From positions 128,001 to 192,000 of the forward strand of contig JBDREQ010000025.1 in the NCBI GenBank assembly GCA_043819555.1: a stretch of DNA of 64,000 bases, read 5' to 3'. Made by a program: the position numbers and the translations under genes. Each line of letters starts with the position of its first letter. Position 1 is the first letter of the stretch. Positions 1-8,550 of the stretch are shown here, in pieces. The stretch comes from Candidatus Zixiibacteriota bacterium. Lineage in GTDB: Bacteria; Zixibacteria; MSB-5A5; GN15; JAAZOE01. Under the pieces are notes generated by a model, which searched no databases, was not told the DNA's origin, and saw nothing but the letters and a program-made list of their open reading frames with translations.

Positions 1-1231
1 GGTGTCAATGGAAAACTCCACTCTTCTTAAGGAATCTCTTGAGAAACAGAAAATGTAACAGGATTTGGATTTGGCTCAGCAAATCCAAACGACATTGCTC
101 CCGGAAAATATCACCATAAATTGCATAGATGTTGCCTCGACCTATATCCCGGCACAAAAAGTTGGGGGAGACTATTACGATATTATGCCGGTCGGCAAAA
201 ACAAAGTGCTCTTCATGCTGGGTGATGTTGCCAATAAGGGAGTTCCGGCCGCGCTGGTTATGGCTTCTGTTCATGCCATTATCCATGCCTATCTAAATCC
301 CGGTCAGGACGTGCAGGTCACGAATATAATGTCTCAGTTAAATGATATTCTGTGCAATGATATTATCAAAGATCGCAGTATGTTTTTGACGATGTTCATG
401 GGATATATTGATCTGGATTCGGGAATTTTGGAATACTGCAATGGGGGCCACCCGCCGGCGTTTTATTACCAGTCATCAAATAAAGAATTCCTGCGCCTGA
501 AATCAATGGCGACTTTAGTCGGTCAATTCGCGGGATTGCCTTTCCGATCCTCCAAAATTAAAATTGGGCCGGGCGACCGGATTTTTATCTATTCGGATGG
601 GTTGATTGAGGCGGAAAATAAGAGCGGTGTGCTGTATGGCTTGAATCGACTTGAGGAATTTTTCAAAGCCGGAATAGCTTTCGATATACAAAAATTCAAT
701 CAGGTTGTCAAAGAAGAAATTGATCATTATCGAATCGGCTCTCGGGAGGAATCAATGGATGATTTTACAACACTTGTTCTCGATATCAATCAGCCGGAAG
801 ATCAAAAAATGAAATATAATTTTGCATATGTATCCAGTCTGGCCCAATTGGAAAAGTTATATAATGATATCGAGACTGTAATAAGTGATAACAATCTGAG
901 CGCCAGAATTGCTAATACGCTCAAAGTAGTTATATCCGAAGCGTTTACAAACGCTGTAATTCATGCCCATAAAAACGACGAATCAAAGAAAATTCAAATC
1001 TCTATAACTCTAAATAAAACAAGTGTTTCTGCCGATATTTTAGATGAAGGCTCTTGCCATGGTTTGGAGGAGTTAAGAAATCATAAAATAAATTCTAATC
1101 CCATGGCGGAAAATGGACGAGGGCTTGGAATAATAAGGGAATTAACTGATGAAGTTGAATTCTCAATGAGGCCTCAAGGGGGCCTCAGGATGAGAATTTT
1201 GCTGAATCTGGAACATGAAAATTTAAAATAA
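1..1231 (+). CDS. SpoIIE/RsbU-type PP2C phosphatase fused to a C-terminal RsbW-like Ser kinase; begins before the window and is interrupted by an in-frame TAA at 56-58
   Basis: PP2C motifs VGGDYYD, GDVANKG, YSDGL, DDFT; kinase motifs EAFTNAVIHA, DEG, GRGL. Frame 2 upstream reads VSMENSTLLKESLEKQKM*QDLDLAQQIQ. Confidence 0.85.
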
Positions 1232-1239
1232 ATATATGA

Positions 1240-1614
1240 ATGGAGAATGGAATGGAAATTATCATCAAAGCCAAAGATCATGTCCATGTGCTATCAATGT
1301 GCGGTAAACTTGATTTGGCCAATTCTGCCAAATTAAAGGAATCCGTGAAATCTCTTCTTGATAAAGAGCATAATTTGATACATCTGGACATGAAAGAGGT
1401 CGATTTTATAAATAGTTCAGGATTGGGAGTTATGGTTTCGATAATGAAAAAGATCCGGGTTCAGAAAGGCCGCATGACTCTTTCAAATTTGGCGCCATAT
1501 GTAAATGAGATATTCGAGATTACGCAACTTTCACATGTATTTGAAATATTCCCCACTGCTGAAGAAGCCATAACCAGCTATCAAACCGTCCGCACAAGCG
1601 TACTGAATAATTAA
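1240..1614 (+). CDS. STAS-domain anti-anti-sigma factor (RsbV/SpoIIAA family)
   Basis: GKLDLANS and VDFINSSGLG with the phosphorylatable Ser; 124 aa; adjacent to the PP2C/kinase gene. Confidence 0.9.
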   Translation: MENGMEIIIKAKDHVHVLSMCGKLDLANSAKLKESVKSLLDKEHNLIHLDMKEVDFINSSGLGVMVSIMKKIRVQKGRMTLSNLAPYVNEIFEITQLSHVFEIFPTAEEAITSYQTVRTSVLNN

Positions 1615-1713
1615 ACGAGGGAAATATCAGGCACTATATAGAAAATTTGGCAAAACATTTTAAGAATCTATTTTCCATAAAGGGAAGCAATTGAGATTTT
1701 ACGGGGTAAACAA

Positions 1714-2109
1714 ATGAATAAATATAGAATATTGGTTGTTGATGATGAGCTGCTAATTAGAGATTTACTTTATGATTTTTTTAGCTCTCAGGATTGGGAT
1801 ATTATGGTTGCCGATGGCGGCAATAAGGCCATTGAGTATTTAAAAAATCAGGATTTTGATATTGTTTTAACCGATCTTAAAATGCCCGATATGGATGGTA
1901 TGGCCCTGGCTGGACGCATAAGAGAATTATATCAGGGATTGCCGGTTATAATCATGACGGGTTATCCCTCTCTGGATACCGCCATAGAAGCGCTCCGGTA
2001 TAAGATAGACGATTACATAATAAAACCATTTAATATAAATCAGCTTTTCAAGTCCGTGAAGCGAGTGGTTGAAGAATCAAACAGTGAAGTACAGGCGGGG
2101 GAAGCTTGA
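1714..2109 (+). CDS. Single-domain response regulator (receiver only)
   Basis: ILVVDDE, DLKMPDMDG, MTGY, YIIKPF motifs; 131 aa. Confidence 0.9.
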   Translation: MNKYRILVVDDELLIRDLLYDFFSSQDWDIMVADGGNKAIEYLKNQDFDIVLTDLKMPDMDGMALAGRIRELYQGLPVIIMTGYPSLDTAIEALRYKIDDYIIKPFNINQLFKSVKRVVEESNSEVQAGEA

Positions 2110-2273
2110 TATTTAATCTTTCTTTAAGCTCGTTGGAAATGTTCCAAAATGACTTCCTTATTATTGAGTGGTATCCGATTTAGTCTCACTTTTTTTAATC
2201 GAATTTAAGCGGCCATAATTGCTATAACTTTTTTGTTGATTTCTCCTGTTGTATTGCGCTTGTTTTTGTCACT

Positions 2274-3551
2274 ATGGAAGGTGAAAAGTACAATGGGCAG
2301 AGTGTTCAAACAAGTGACGAACTGACGCAGTTCAGTGAGTCATTTGAAACATTTAATAAAATCATAAATAATTTACAAAGGCAATACCTAACACTGGAAA
2401 AGGAATATAGCGGTCAAAGCCATGAGCTCGAAAAGATAAACTATCGTCTCAGAGAGACCATTGCCGAGAATCGATCAGTAACGGTATTTTTGAATTCTAT
2501 TCTCACCTCCTTGACTTCCGGCGTTTTGGTTGTGGATAAATCGGGCACGATTTCACATTTTAATCCGGCTGCCGAAAAGATAGTCGGTATTACGGCCAGC
2601 ACCGCACTAGGGAAAAAATATAATGAAGTGATTTCATGCTCTATGGGAGCCCGGTTTTCCGCTTGCGAAACGGTCATGACCGGCATTGAATTCGAGGCTG
2701 AAGGGAAAATAATTCGTAATAATGAGGGTAATGACATTCCGGTTTCCGTATCAACGTCCCTGCTTGATGATGGTAATGACGATACGTATGGAGCGGTTGA
2801 AATACTTTTTGATCTGACCAAAATCAAAAAGTTGGAAGCGGAAGTAAACCGCGTCAAAACTCTGGCGGCTCTGGGCGAAATGGCCGCGACAGTGGCGCAT
2901 GAAGTTCGTAATCCGCTGGGTGGAATAGGCGGTTTCGCGGCGCTGCTAAAACGGGAATTGGGCGATGATACCGCCAAAATGGATCTGGTCGATAAAATAA
3001 TCTCGGGGGTGGATGCATTGAACAAGACTGTCATTGCTCTGCTGGATTACACTCGCCAGGATCAATTGAATTTGCGGGAGGTTTCGCTTTGTACTCTTAT
3101 CGAAGACAGCGTCGAATATGAACTGGCCCAGGATGATGTAAAAGAAATTTCTATTGAGATTGATATTGAAAATGAAAAACGAAATATGACGGTTATTTGC
3201 GATCCGCATTTGATGAGGCAGGTACTTTTAAATCTGTATCGAAATAGTCGAGAAGCAATGAACGGAACCGGACGGATTACTATCAGAGCCGGGAAAGATA
3301 ATAGTATAAACGGTGACTCAAATAATGAAAACGAGGTATGGATCGAGATTGAGGATAATGGTCCGGGAATTCCCGCCAATCTGAGTGATAAGATATTCCA
3401 GCCTTTTTTTACGACCAAATCAAGTCAGAATGGCTCAGGTTTGGGATTGGCAACTGTTTGGAAAACTATTCAGGCGCATGGCGGCGATATAAGCGTTAAA
3501 TCGGAAGAAGGCAGGGGATCAAATTTTAAAATTATCCTGCCTTCCGGTTGA
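2274..3551 (+). CDS. Cytoplasmic PAS histidine kinase, FleS/FlrB/FlgS-like
   Basis: H-box AHEVRNPL; N, G1 (DNGPGI), F and G2 (GSGLGL) boxes; PAS-like region; no TM segment; N-terminal FETFNKIINNLQRQY resembles FleS/FlrB. Confidence 0.85.
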   Translation: MEGEKYNGQSVQTSDELTQFSESFETFNKIINNLQRQYLTLEKEYSGQSHELEKINYRLRETIAENRSVTVFLNSILTSLTSGVLVVDKSGTISHFNPAAEKIVGITASTALGKKYNEVISCSMGARFSACETVMTGIEFEAEGKIIRNNEGNDIPVSVSTSLLDDGNDDTYGAVEILFDLTKIKKLEAEVNRVKTLAALGEMAATVAHEVRNPLGGIGGFAALLKRELGDDTAKMDLVDKIISGVDALNKTVIALLDYTRQDQLNLREVSLCTLIEDSVEYELAQDDVKEISIEIDIENEKRNMTVICDPHLMRQVLLNLYRNSREAMNGTGRITIRAGKDNSINGDSNNENEVWIEIEDNGPGIPANLSDKIFQPFFTTKSSQNGSGLGLATVWKTIQAHGGDISVKSEEGRGSNFKIILPSG

Positions 3552-3585
3552 AGAAATTTGCGAGTCTGGCAAAGGACGAGGAAAA

Positions 3586-4944
3586 ATGAAATTAAGCATT
3601 CTGGTCGTGGATGATGATAAGCTTGTAAATGAGTTTATCGGTGAGACCCTCCGCCGCGTTCGGCACACGGTGACAACGGCGTTTTCAGGTGAGGAAGCCA
3701 AAACAATATTGGAATCGCAATCGTTTGATTTGGTGATAAGCGATATCAAAATGCACAAGATGTCCGGAATGGATTTGTTGAAATTAATCAGGGAAAAATA
3801 TCCGGATACGGTTGTGATTTTGATGACTGCTTATGGCACTGTTCAAAACGCGGTTGAAGCCATGAAAATCGGCGCTTTTGATTATCTCGTTAAGCCATTT
3901 TCTCCCGATGAGGTTGAGATGGTGGTTAGCAAAGCGCACGAATTTATGGTGATGCGTTCGGAAAACATGCTTCTCAGGGCGGAAGTGAATGAAAAATATC
4001 GAACATTGATAGGCGCCTCAAAAAAGATGACCGAGATTTTTCAGTTAATTAAGGATGTCGCCCCGAGCCGTTCGACGGTCTTAATAAGCGGCGAATCCGG
4101 TACCGGGAAAGAACTAATCGCTCGGGCGCTCCATCTGTATTCTGATCGGGCCGAGAGACAATTTATAAAACTGAATTGCGCCGCTCTTCCTGACGGGCTT
4201 ATGGAATCGGAATTATTCGGTCATGAAAAAGGCGCTTTTACCGGGGCAGACAGGCAGACTCGGGGTAGATTCGAACTGGCCGATGGCGGAACTTTACTTC
4301 TCGACGAAGTTTCCGAAATCCCGATCAAACTTCAAGGGAAGTTATTGCGAGTTTTGCAGGAACGGGAGTTCGAGCGGGTCGGCTCGGGAGAATCAATGCA
4401 GGTTGACGTCAGAATTATCGCGACGACCAACCGCAATTTGAAAAAAGAAATAGCCGATGGGAATTTCAGGGAAGACTTATACTATCGATTGCATGTAATT
4501 CCTATTGAAGTTCCTCCACTTCATGAGCGCCTGGAGGATATCCCGCCTCTGGTTGGTCATTTCCTGAATAAGTTTTGCGAAGAAACCGGAAAAGAAAAGA
4601 AATCGCTTGATGAATCGGCAATGCGGCTCTTTATGAAATATCACTGGCCCGGAAATGTTCGCGAATTGGAGAATTTTATTGAACGCGCCGTAGTTATTTC
4701 ACAGGAAAAATCTCTATCGGCCAAAGATTTCCCTTCATCTTTGGTTTTAGGCAAAATCGAAGACAAAGGGGGGAATTTTAGAGTGGGCATGACGGTTCAT
4801 GAGGCCGAGAAACTGCTAATTCTGAAAACGCTTGAAGAACAGGATGGCAATCGAACCCGCGCAGCGGAAATATTGGGAATCAATCCCCGAACCCTGCGTA
4901 ATAAACTGCATGAGTATGGAATGGTTGATACTTCAGTTGATTAA
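3586..4944 (+). CDS. Sigma54-dependent NtrC-family response regulator, FleR/FlrC/FlgR-like
   Basis: Receiver domain, Walker A GESGTGKE, intact GAFTGA, WPGNVREL, C-terminal Fis-type HTH. Confidence 0.92.
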   Translation: MKLSILVVDDDKLVNEFIGETLRRVRHTVTTAFSGEEAKTILESQSFDLVISDIKMHKMSGMDLLKLIREKYPDTVVILMTAYGTVQNAVEAMKIGAFDYLVKPFSPDEVEMVVSKAHEFMVMRSENMLLRAEVNEKYRTLIGASKKMTEIFQLIKDVAPSRSTVLISGESGTGKELIARALHLYSDRAERQFIKLNCAALPDGLMESELFGHEKGAFTGADRQTRGRFELADGGTLLLDEVSEIPIKLQGKLLRVLQEREFERVGSGESMQVDVRIIATTNRNLKKEIADGNFREDLYYRLHVIPIEVPPLHERLEDIPPLVGHFLNKFCEETGKEKKSLDESAMRLFMKYHWPGNVRELENFIERAVVISQEKSLSAKDFPSSLVLGKIEDKGGNFRVGMTVHEAEKLLILKTLEEQDGNRTRAAEILGINPRTLRNKLHEYGMVDTSVD

Positions 4945-4980
4945 TTAAAATAGCTCTGAAACAGGGTGAAAATTACCACC

Positions 4981-5010
4981 AGACCATCTCGACCGAGATG
5001 GTCTTTCTTT
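4981..5010 (+). terminator. Rho-independent terminator after the sigma54 regulator
   Basis: AGACCATCTC-GACC-GAGATGGTCT (10-bp stem) followed by TTCTTT. Confidence 0.8.
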
Positions 5011-5027
5011 ATGAGTTTTAAAGGTGT

Positions 5028-5051
5028 TAAAAACGGGAGTTTTGCCGATAT
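5028..5051 (+). promoter_or_regulatory. Possible sigma28 promoter for motAB
   Basis: -10 GCCGATAT at 5044-5051; the nearest TAAA is 12 nt upstream rather than the canonical 15. Confidence 0.5.
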
Positions 5052-5091
5052 CCTGAATGATTACTGATTCGTATCAGATTAGAAAAAGGTT

Positions 5092-5985
5092 ATGGCAAGA
5101 AAAAAATTCTACATCGACTTAGCTACTTTCGGCGGGCTGGTGATCGGCGTTGGCGCCATTCTTGTGGCGTATTTTATAGATGGTGGGCGTTTGCAGGCCA
5201 TAACCCAGGCTGCCCCGATGCTATTGGTTATTGGCGGGACATTCGGCGCGGCGATGATTACCACTTCGTTTAATATTGTAAAAAAATTGCCGACCCTTTT
5301 GAAAATCGCGTTTTTCAGGAAAAGCCCTGATTCCCGGAAAACTATCGATTTGATAACGAAGATGGCCGAAAAGGCCAGGCGCGAAGGGGTTTTGGGACTT
5401 GAACGGGATTTGCCTGATATTGAAGATGGGTTTTTTAAAAAGGCAATTCAATTAGTTATCGACGGAACCGAAGCGACGACTCTGCGCCAGATATTACATA
5501 CCGAAGTCAATTATATGTTTGAACGCCATCGTGTCGGGATTGGCCTTTTTAAGGCATTAGGCGGTTTTTCACCGACGATGGGAATTATCGGGACCGTTCT
5601 GGGTTTGATTCATACTTTATCAAATACCTCCGACGCCGGTAAGATGGCCATTGCAATTGCAGGGGCATTTATCGCGACTCTGTGGGGTATTGCCATGGCC
5701 AATATCATTTATCTCCCCATAGGTGACAAACTGCGTTTTCGGCATGATGAAGAATCGAGCAATATGGAGCTTATCATCGAAGGCGTCATCGCCATTCAAT
5801 CGGGCGATAATCCCCGAATCATTAGGACTCGGTTGATGTCATTTATCACCCCTGAATTGCGCACTGAAAAATCGATTGAAGAAACTCGTCAGGCTGCTCA
5901 ACAAAAATCAAAAATGGCTGAAGAACTGATAGATATGAATCTGCGGCGCAAAAAATTTGAATCCCTGCTGAGAGTGGATAAGTAA
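5092..5985 (+). CDS. motA: Flagellar stator protein A
   Basis: KARREGVLGLE, PTMGIIGTVLGLI, AFIATLWG, GDNPR motifs; several TM helices. Confidence 0.95.
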   Translation: MARKKFYIDLATFGGLVIGVGAILVAYFIDGGRLQAITQAAPMLLVIGGTFGAAMITTSFNIVKKLPTLLKIAFFRKSPDSRKTIDLITKMAEKARREGVLGLERDLPDIEDGFFKKAIQLVIDGTEATTLRQILHTEVNYMFERHRVGIGLFKALGGFSPTMGIIGTVLGLIHTLSNTSDAGKMAIAIAGAFIATLWGIAMANIIYLPIGDKLRFRHDEESSNMELIIEGVIAIQSGDNPRIIRTRLMSFITPELRTEKSIEETRQAAQQKSKMAEELIDMNLRRKKFESLLRVDK

Positions 5986-6806
5986 TGTTTATTCATCGCC
6001 GCAGATCAGATATTCCCCAGGATAATCCCGATCGCTGGTTGCTCACTTATGCCGATCTTATAACCCTGCTTCTGGCCTTCTTTATCGTTATGTATTCCAT
6101 GTCGCGCATCGATGCCAAGAAGTTTGGAAAAGTTTCGCAAGCCTTGCATGGTATTTTAACGGGAGGGCCATCGATTTTATTATCTCCCGAAGTTAATAAT
6201 TCCTTTACCGGACATGGTCTTCTCAAAGTCGGCAGTTTGAAAATGCTGCAGACCAAAATAAATGGCGAACTGATTAAGTCAGGACGAGTCGGAGATATTG
6301 TCACTGAGATTGATGAACGGGGCCTGACAATTCATATTATGGAATACGTCATGTTTGATGAAGCCGAAGCTGTGCTCAAACCGCGTGCGCAGGCACTGTT
6401 GGATTTTGTTGCGGCCGATATTCTGGAAATGCCCAATCATGTCAGGGTGGAGGGGCACACCGATAACAGCCCCATTCAGACTCCATCATTTCCATCCAAT
6501 TGGGAATTATCTACTGCGCGCGCCACACAGGTTGTCAGATATCTAATTGATAAGCATGGCTATCCGGCTGAAAAAATTTCGGCGGCAGGTTTTGCCTCAT
6601 ATCATCCTTTTTTGCCAAATACTACTCTTGAAAATAAAGCAAAAAATCGCAGAGTTGACATCGTCGTACAAACAATGGAGTTATCTATTGCTGAATCTCC
6701 ATCAAAGCTTGAACAGTTTACCAAAGATCAATTGAAGGCCATGAGCGAAATATCAACGGAAATAGATTCCTCACAGGACTGGAATAATTTTCCAGATAAT
6801 CAGTAA
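5985..6806 (+). CDS. motB: Flagellar stator protein B
   Basis: WLLTYADLITLLLAFF TM segment with conserved Asp; OmpA-like GHTDN, NWELSTARA, NRRVDI. Confidence 0.95.
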   Translation: MFIHRRRSDIPQDNPDRWLLTYADLITLLLAFFIVMYSMSRIDAKKFGKVSQALHGILTGGPSILLSPEVNNSFTGHGLLKVGSLKMLQTKINGELIKSGRVGDIVTEIDERGLTIHIMEYVMFDEAEAVLKPRAQALLDFVAADILEMPNHVRVEGHTDNSPIQTPSFPSNWELSTARATQVVRYLIDKHGYPAEKISAAGFASYHPFLPNTTLENKAKNRRVDIVVQTMELSIAESPSKLEQFTKDQLKAMSEISTEIDSSQDWNNFPDNQ

Positions 6807-6882
6807 ATCATTCTAATACAAAAATTCTCCATAAAGCCATAACTTCTTATTCGTCAACAAGATGTTGTTTGAGTTTTTGCTT

Positions 6883-6898
6883 TGGCATTAGCCTTGCT
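6883..6898 (+). promoter_or_regulatory. Sigma54 -24/-12 promoter for the flgB operon
   Basis: TGGCATTAGCCTTGCT, exact GG-N10-GC spacing. Confidence 0.85.
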
Positions 6899-6920
6899 TT
6901 TCGGTTTGTCGGAGATAACT

Positions 6921-7334
6921 ATGGCTGATTTTGTAAAAGTGGCAATATGGCAAAAAACCGGAGTGGATAAGCTCGGTAAATTTCTCGATATGGCGGCTCA
7001 ACGGCATAAGTTGATTGCTGCCAATCTTGCCAATACGACCACTCCCGGATATGCAGCCAAAGACATTGATTTTAAGGCCGAAATGAGCAAAGCCCTCGGG
7101 AATGGTCCGGTTTTGGCAATGAAATCAACAAATCCGGGACATATTTCCAATTCGGGTCCAGACAGCGAAGTTAAAATTTTGAAGCATGGTCCGGAATCCG
7201 ATGATGATTTGAACGGCGTCGATGTTGATCGCGAAGTCACCAATCTGGCGGTCAATCAAATGCGTTATTCAATCGGTTCCAAGATATTGCAGGGGAAAGT
7301 CCAGTTTTTAAAGAAAGCCATTAGAGGCAGTTAA
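6921..7334 (+). CDS. flgB: Basal-body rod protein FlgB
   Basis: IAANLANTTTPGYAAKDIDF, NGVDVDRE; start moved to ATG 6921 (GGAG RBS, downstream of the sigma54 site). Confidence 0.93.
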   Translation: MADFVKVAIWQKTGVDKLGKFLDMAAQRHKLIAANLANTTTPGYAAKDIDFKAEMSKALGNGPVLAMKSTNPGHISNSGPDSEVKILKHGPESDDDLNGVDVDREVTNLAVNQMRYSIGSKILQGKVQFLKKAIRGS

Positions 7335-7348
7335 TAAAGGATTCGAAG

Positions 7349-7843
7349 ATGGATGGTATATTTTCAGCAATAGAAATCTCTGGGAAAGGGATGTCGGTAC
7401 AGCGGCGCAAGATGAATGTCGTTTCCGAAAATATCGCTAATGCCGAAACAACTCGGACCGAAAACGGCGGGCCGTATCGACGCAAAAGATTGGAAATTAC
7501 CGCCGAGTCGGAAAAGATACCATTCAAGACAATCTTACAAAAAAGTCAAAATAGCCTGATACGAACCCACAGTTCTCATATTGAGGCGCCTGCCATTACC
7601 AGCAAGTTTTATGGCAATGTTGAAGTAGCCAATGGCAAAGAAGTGAGCGAAGGACAGGATTCCTTTAAGTTGGTTTATGATCCCGGACATCCTGATGCGG
7701 ATGAAGAAGGTTATGTCAGAATGCCTGATATTGAAATTATAAATGAGATGGTCGATATGATCGCGGCCAATCGTTCTTACGAGGCCAATGCGATGGCCGT
7801 ATCGGCGTCAAAAGAGATGGCCAAAAATGCGTTGGATATTTAA
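7349..7843 (+). CDS. flgC: Basal-body rod protein FlgC
   Basis: ENIANAETTRT..GGPYRRK, YDPGHPDAD, EMVDMI..RSYEAN. Confidence 0.95.
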   Translation: MDGIFSAIEISGKGMSVQRRKMNVVSENIANAETTRTENGGPYRRKRLEITAESEKIPFKTILQKSQNSLIRTHSSHIEAPAITSKFYGNVEVANGKEVSEGQDSFKLVYDPGHPDADEEGYVRMPDIEIINEMVDMIAANRSYEANAMAVSASKEMAKNALDI

Positions 7844-7873
7844 GGTTACGCATAGTGGAGAGGATAACAGATA

Positions 7874-8212
7874 GTGGAGATTAATACTAACCCGATTGAA
7901 GCTTATCGCCAGGCTGGGGGCCAACCAGCAAAAAAAAACCAGGTCGGTTCACGGGATAAGTTTGATTTACAAAAGGCTCAGGAAACCGAAAAGATTATTC
8001 TTACCGGCCAGACAACCGGAGAAACCGGGGCGATTCATGTTGGAGGTTCGTCTTCAATTCTCAGTAATATTTTGACCGCCGATGAAAACGAGGCGTTGAC
8101 AATTAGTTTTGCCCGATTTGGGGATTCAGTTGAATCTACTCAAATATACGGACGCAACGCTCGCACACAGGGAAGCGGCATCACCGGTCAGAAAGTGGAT
8201 TTAACGGGATGA
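7874..8212 (+). CDS. Hypothetical protein within the flgC-fliE operon
   Basis: GTG start with GAGAGG RBS; stop overlaps the fliE start (ATGA); 112 aa ending GQKVDLTG. Confidence 0.7.
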   Translation: MEINTNPIEAYRQAGGQPAKKNQVGSRDKFDLQKAQETEKIILTGQTTGETGAIHVGGSSSILSNILTADENEALTISFARFGDSVESTQIYGRNARTQGSGITGQKVDLTG

Positions 8213-8511
8213 GCAAGATAAGTCTGATTACACGGCCGATTCTTCCGGAATTTCCCGGTAAAGATCAAATTAAAGTAAATAAGCCTGATGGAGAAGGTTT
8301 TGGCGATTTTCTATCCAAAGCCATTCACAGTGTCAACGACATGCAATTGGAAGCCGGAGAAGCCCAGGATAAATTGATCCGGGGAGAGGCGGCTGAGTTG
8401 CATCAGGTTATGATTGCCGCGGAGAAGGCGGGAATCTCATTTGATCTTTTATTGGAAATCAGGAAGAAGCTGTTAGATGCTTATCAGGAAATTATGCGAA
8501 TGCCAATGTAA
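8209..8511 (+). CDS. fliE: Hook-basal body protein FliE
   Basis: LHQVMIAAEKA...IRKKLLDAYQEIMRM. Confidence 0.95.
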   Translation: MSKISLITRPILPEFPGKDQIKVNKPDGEGFGDFLSKAIHSVNDMQLEAGEAQDKLIRGEAAELHQVMIAAEKAGISFDLLLEIRKKLLDAYQEIMRMPM

Positions 8512-8550
8512 GCATACGGCGCCTGATATTCATTTCAAATAGGATTTGAT

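Noticed and set aside
56..58. Stop-codon reassignment (TAA read as an amino acid)
   Set aside because: TAA correctly ends many conserved genes here (flgB, fliC, thrS, rpmI); only one internal case was seen.
2211..2222. Sigma54 promoter before the histidine kinase (GGCCATAATTGC)
   Set aside because: GG-to-GC spacing is 8 nt, not the required 10.
2441..3034. Long antisense or alternate-frame ORFs (also 21411-21887, 23431-23961, 40527-41015, 49596-50096)
   Set aside because: They shadow well-supported genes and show no recognisable motifs.
6882..6920. ORF-track N-terminal extension of flgB; similarly flgF (15161), fliH (11046), fliJ (13161) and pheT (47092)
   Set aside because: The extensions overlap promoters or upstream genes; downstream starts fit the RBS and family N-termini better.
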